This document shows, one piece after another, positions 59,001 to 64,000 of a stretch of DNA of 64,000 nucleotides. Made by a program: the position numbers and the translations under genes. Location: contig OZ286468.1 in the NCBI GenBank assembly GCA_965644265.1, forward strand, positions 20,522,001 to 20,586,000, read 5' to 3'. The notes beneath the pieces were generated by a model. That model ran no database searches. It worked only from the letters and a program-made list of their open reading frames with translations, and had not been told where the DNA came from. Numbering within the stretch: the first letter of the stretch is position 1; each line of letters begins with the position of its first letter. This DNA comes from Glycera tridactyla. Taxonomy: Eukaryota.

Positions 59001-59843
59001 ATTGGTTTATCCAATATACACGATGTGTGAGACTGATCAAGCAGGTCGTCATCATATCGTCATCCTTGCCTCTTACCAGCCATCATACTGGGTGTTAGAG
59101 TCATATGAGGGTTGGATATCTATCCCTTGGAGTTGCATGAAGATTCGAGTCTTCGAGCCTGATATTCAGCTATACATTCCTCAGGATATGGACACGAGAG
59201 CCCAAGAATTCTTAGATGATACCATCTACATCCCCCACAGTTAGTGAACGGACCTACCACAACCACACAACCCCCTCCCACCAGACCATCCTCTATCCAT
59301 TCCTCCTCATGCATTTCTCAAATGCTTATTGCAGTGAAGCACCGCTTGGTACTAGAGTGTGCCATGATAATCATGGCCAAAAGCCTTTTGCATGGGGCAG
59401 GGAGATTCAGCATGCATGCATCACATAAATCAACATCTGCAATGTATGTAGTCTGTAATGGACACTGTAGTTAGGTCCAAAGACAGCTGCTGATGTATTC
59501 GTGCCTTTTTTTCGGTCACGGTAATGAATGACCACTGCTTCCTCTATCACCGGGCTATTAGACCCAGTGCACGCTGACTGGGATATCAAAAGTCGGCAGC
59601 CATGTGTGAGAGAGTCTGCTTCTATATGCACTTGGAAGGACTTCTGCCCTGCTTTGGAAGTAGCAGGGGCTCGTCTCTTCCAAAGATTTCTTTCTATATC
59701 CTGGAGTGTATCGAAAGTACGAGCGTCCGAATCAACCGAACAAACGGAAAACCACTGCGTAGGCGTGGCCTTGATGAGCAGCAACACAATAAGATGACAA
59801 TATACCACATGAAATTTCACTATTACTGATCCTATCCACTTTC

Positions 59844-59987
59844 CAGGATCGCCAAGAAAGAGGAGAATCCAGACAGCTTTGCGTTTCGAACTCTCGGCAT
59901 GGTGAGCATTCGTTTGATAACTAGATGACTTATTTGTACGACTTGCAATTAAATGATTCACATGATGATTATAATTCAGAAGGCCGT
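59844..59987 (-). pseudogene. Inverted DEG/ENaC exon-2 relic (D)
   Basis: NAHHAESSKRKAVWILLFLG versus gene C HAHHAKSPQRKAFWALLFLLG; HG motif lost; donor GT>GA. Confidence 0.75.
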
Positions 59988-60444
59988 CTGTCCAAACACC
60001 CATACACGTATAATGTATTCATGAAATTAGAATTTGTTTGTCTTGTATAGTACAGCAATAATCACCATCATACAAGTGGTATGATAACATCATGATCATC
60101 ATAATCATGCCTTTCCCATTAGGCATACATCTTTCCGATATCCTCTACTACATTCCTCGGTTTATTGTGAAATCAGTGTTGTCACTGGTACATTGTGTGC
60201 AGTGTGGGAGTCTGCTTTTCCTTGATCAAAAATGCAAAATTTATAGTGGCAAGTGGGGGGGGGGCATGATCTTCCCTTCTCAGAGTCATGATCATTGTCA
60301 AAGCTACCAAAGTTTTCTTCTGAAGAAGGGCTCTCAGTCATAAAGAAGGGAAACTCAAGGGAATCAGTCTACAACATCATCTGGATCTCTTGATAGAAGC
60401 ATCAGTTGGGGAGCACCTGGGTGCAGATGTATTTCCAAGAGATG

Positions 60445-60600
60445 AAAGAAATGGAAATGGTGATGTTTTGGGTCGACTATCTGTACTTGAGTAGGATATA
60501 TCAGACTACCTGCCAAGGAGGAGCGAAGATGAAGGAAGAACAGTTCCCATTGCACGCTGGCCCAGAACACTACCACTGAGCCACCAAGACAGGCTCCCCA
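60445..60600 (-). mobile_element. tRNA-derived SINE copy with internal deletion
   Basis: A-box tggctcagtgg is retained, the B-box segment is deleted, and the body matches 16978-17170. Confidence 0.72.
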
Positions 60601-61119
60601 AGATATGATCCGATTCATGATCATGCCTTTGGGATGAGCTTGATTATCATGCACATCTCACTCACATTATTCTCCAGAAGATTCTGACCAGATTGCAAAA
60701 CTATGACCACAGATTCACTCAGATAGTTGCATATGATAATCAATCCTCATCCTGATTCGCTAAAATACTGGAATCTGGACACTCTATGCAACAAGACTCG
60801 TGATCAGAACTACTCCACTTTCACTTTTGAAGTATCTAATGTATCCATCACTGAGGTAACATGTCACCCGTCAAAATATGGATTATGATATATGAAACCG
60901 GAATATACACTATCGTGAACACTGTGGTAGCAGGCACTGAAGAGGGCCGGGAAATTTGAGGTACTAATTTATCTATCTTTTCAAAAAACGTAGCCATCTT
61001 CATCTATGTGATCATTCTACATGTATCTATTCACATCTAAAGAGTTAATACCTGAGGTGTCCCACTTTGGGCTAACCTTGTTCATGAGTTGATCTCACAG
61101 CAATCACTGTCTATTAGTA

Positions 61120-61805
61120 CAGTGGCTGGTGGTGATTCTGTGTGACTTTGGTGTATAGAGCACCACCTTCGATGATATTCATTAGGACCAACCAGAACAC
61201 AGAAAAAAAAGGGTGGCCTGTTCTCACCCCGGTCACATTGGAGAAAATGACGATGTTGTCCGGAGGCATAGCCAACACTCCACCAACTGACATGAAAATT
61301 TAACATTCTGCATTCTCACATAAAAGTATATCAATATTGGTATCGAGTGAAAGGTATTGATCAGTACCATTCATAAACAATGCCAGATCTTCCAAATAAC
61401 ATGAAAATGATCATGATGCAGGACCAAATGATGATTTCAAAATGGCCGACATACTGCCAACTGAGATTAAAAATCAACTTTTTCACTACACAAAAGAAAC
61501 CAAGGCATTCTTAACATTGGATGAATATTGTTGATGGAACAATATATTTTCGGCACATAAAACATCATAACAACATGGAATTATTGTCATTCCACCTGAT
61601 TCGACATATCTCCATCACACATTTTCAAAAAAAAGCATAGTGATATTGAAATCAAATGAGAGATGTTGCTTGTTGTAGGTTTTATCCAGCTTCAAAACAG
61701 CAAATCAGCATAGAATTTACTACATGGTTCTAGGTGGTCCTAATGAAGATCAACAAAGATGTTGCTCTGTACACCAGAGTCACACAGAATCACCCCCAGC
61801 CACTA
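61120..61805. mobile_element. Non-autonomous DNA element with about 70-bp inverted repeats
   Basis: 61122-61190 is the reverse complement of 61735-61805 with few mismatches. Confidence 0.65.
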
Positions 61806-63482
61806 GACTTATATGGCTTGTAGCAAGAATCATCTTGTATGATAATGACCAATAATAGTTTAGATCTATATTCACTGTTTTGGCCTTAAAGGGTTAAAAA
61901 TCAGCATCTTTTAGGAATTAGTCAGAGTGAGATTAGAGTTGTATGGATGGATGGAGGATGGATGGATGGATGGATATATAATCTCAGAAGCCATACAAGA
62001 ATCATCATAAGCTGTACTGGAATACCAAAAGCTTTCAGAAAATATATAGTCTGCATGCTCTGCCACCCCCCCCCTCCCATGTCTATATTTTTGGGATAAT
62101 TCCTATCTTACGATGACTATGATATTCGCCATGAATTTTCAGAACACTATACTAGTTTCAAAAATCACCGAATGTATATTCATGCACCCTCTCTCTATTG
62201 AAAAGAATAGCAAGTGCTCTTATGGTGTTTTGTACTACTTTAGTTGGGAATGTACCAAATTCTTTTTCGTTTCAGTCAATAAAACGTGAATGATATGACG
62301 CTCTATGCTTCCTCAGAAAAAAAATCACAAAACACAAGAATGTCTGTAATCGATTGCACGCTTGCTAAGTGCAGCTAGTGACATTACGTTCCAATGTTTT
62401 CATACCAATACAAATATAGGCATAACAGCAGGACCTCAACGCTAGGAATGAATGACAGCATAATTTTTTCAGTGCTTGCCGCAAAGAAAGACCCAGGGCC
62501 ATCAGTCTTAGACCTCCTTGCCCCTGACTCGCAATGTATATGATTAGCTGGTCGAAGTCACTGTATACTATATCGTGACGCCCATGCAACAAGTATGGGT
62601 GTAATCATCATGGGTTACCAATGACAGGTCAATTACATCATATTCACACACTATACGCGTGACTTCAGGGCAGCAACGAAGCACGAGAGTCACTGATCAT
62701 CCTCCCAAGACGAGATGGTCTTATAGACATGCTGTGTTTGAAGCATTGCTTTTCTCATTTAAATGGGAAATTGCGAACATTTTGTGGAAATCCGATACAT
62801 TCAAGATGATGGTCATAGATTAGCAATCATGCTATATCGATTTACCACAATGCCAAACAAAAAGCAACCTCATCTCAGCATACATACGTATTTCAGACAC
62901 ATGCCGGCGCAAGAATGAAGGGGTGAAATTCAACTACAAGCAAGAGGCTGCGTCCCTTCCAGATCACAACGTGACACCTGGCTGTAATGAAATTCGTCTG
63001 GAACAAAACCATAGAAACAATATTACAAATGAATATTCACAGAGGAGATGGCACATATGTGAAACCCATCACATTTCTTGTCACCAAACATTCGGGAAAA
63101 TGCATATGAGCCTGTTTTGCATCGATTGGATCTGAAATGTGAAAGAGACAGCGAAAAAAAATTACCCATTCTCGATGATCGAGAATGTACTCCAAGAAGT
63201 GGTTTTGATGTCACAGGTGAGAGCCAGCAATTGATCTGCCAGGCTGTGTGACCAATATTAGATGTGCGGTGTAGTCCGCTTCACTCACACAGGCATATGC
63301 TATCATATGCAAAACAAAATCAGCAGGGATTAGTTTACCCATAATCACTATGCACTGCTGTTAATGTCTACCATTGTTTGCCATCGTCACATAGATCGGC
63401 AGCATCATATATCCTGATGAATTACCATCCCTGATGGATCATTCAGAGAGGCCGAGTTGTTCATGGAGATACATGGTACGAG

Positions 63483-63519
63483 ATGTCCTCTGAAGGAGCA
63501 CAGGGTACACAAAGCACAG
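63483..63519 (+). CDS. Probable exon 1 of a further DEG/ENaC paralog (E; MSSEGAQGTQST)
   Basis: gagATG context, phase-1 CAG|gtgaga donor; lies at the homologous position of an ~1-kb block shared with gene C exon 1. Downstream exons would be outside the window. Confidence 0.55.
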
Positions 63520-63599
63520 GTGAGAAAAGCTGGCTTAAACTCCTAGCTTAATTATCATTTCAGTGTCTCCATCAGCATATCTATGTTATCCCATGGATA

Positions 63600-64000
63600 T
63601 TGTCAGTGATACTCCCTGATGTTAGGATACACGATGATAGTTCTAGTCCTGTGACCCTGCTGATGGTATTGGTGAAGGTGCCAGTTGGGCAGTTTCTTCT
63701 CCTATTCCAGTTGGGGAACAATAATGCCAGGCTGGAAGAAGCTTCTTTCGGGTGCCTGACACAGTGACATACCAGCTTCATTCTTTTGGTCCTGATCTTA
63801 GCTCAGACCTTTGGTAGGTTCCTGTAGATCTCCTCATTTGTTGAGTGTTCCCTTCAGCTGATGTTGAGTACTTTTTCTCAACATCCATGTGTAGCTTTCA
63901 AGTTCTTTCCCCTGTTTCTTGCTCAGTGCTCATGTTTCACTGCCATATAGGAGAATGACTTCAACTGTTGAAGTTAGCAGTATGATCTTCAGGTCTTTTT
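63600..64000 (-). mobile_element. RTE-clade LINE ORF C-terminal fragment (degenerate)
   Basis: LKI....TVEVILLYGSET(W>stop)AL...MLR...TNEEIYRNLPKV...HCVRHP matches the RTE post-RT region. Confidence 0.8.

Noticed and set aside
59407-59843. Possible exon-3 relic following the inverted exon 2
   Set aside because: No FPAxTxCN motif or convincing nucleotide similarity.

Overview
Animal (probably marine invertebrate) genomic DNA, about 38-40% GC by eye, with 8 assembly gaps. The window is a + strand tandem array of DEG/ENaC (ASIC/ENaC-type amiloride-sensitive channel) genes. Gene A (2430-23895, 13 exons, 505 aa) and gene C (36221-59000, 13 exons, ~526 aa) can be spliced by hand into open frames with identical intron phases. 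Between and after them lie decayed copies: a gene-C-like exon-10/intron relic (28650-29190), a gene-A-like 5' pseudogene B (29372-30257) and an inverted exon-2 relic (59844-59987). A probable first exon of a further paralog E (63483-63519) shares about 1 kb of upstream sequence with gene C. Introns hold many mobile elements: a full-length but degenerate DIRS1-type tyrosine-recombinase retroelement with a LINE nested inside it, RTE/LINE/Penelope relics, a tRNA-derived SINE family, MITEs and minisatellites. Most notable: (i) both intact channels carry Gln at the normally hydrophobic TM2 position (LLSDQGGQLGLWIGLS); (ii) each intact gene has a small tandem duplication that copies a splice site and creates frame-breaking decoys; (iii) gene A needs a GC-AG intron and has a perfect RFX X-box 59 nt upstream of its ATG; (iv) the relic order suggests a duplicated two-gene unit with reciprocal loss. 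All gene models and alignments were made by eye, with no database searches.
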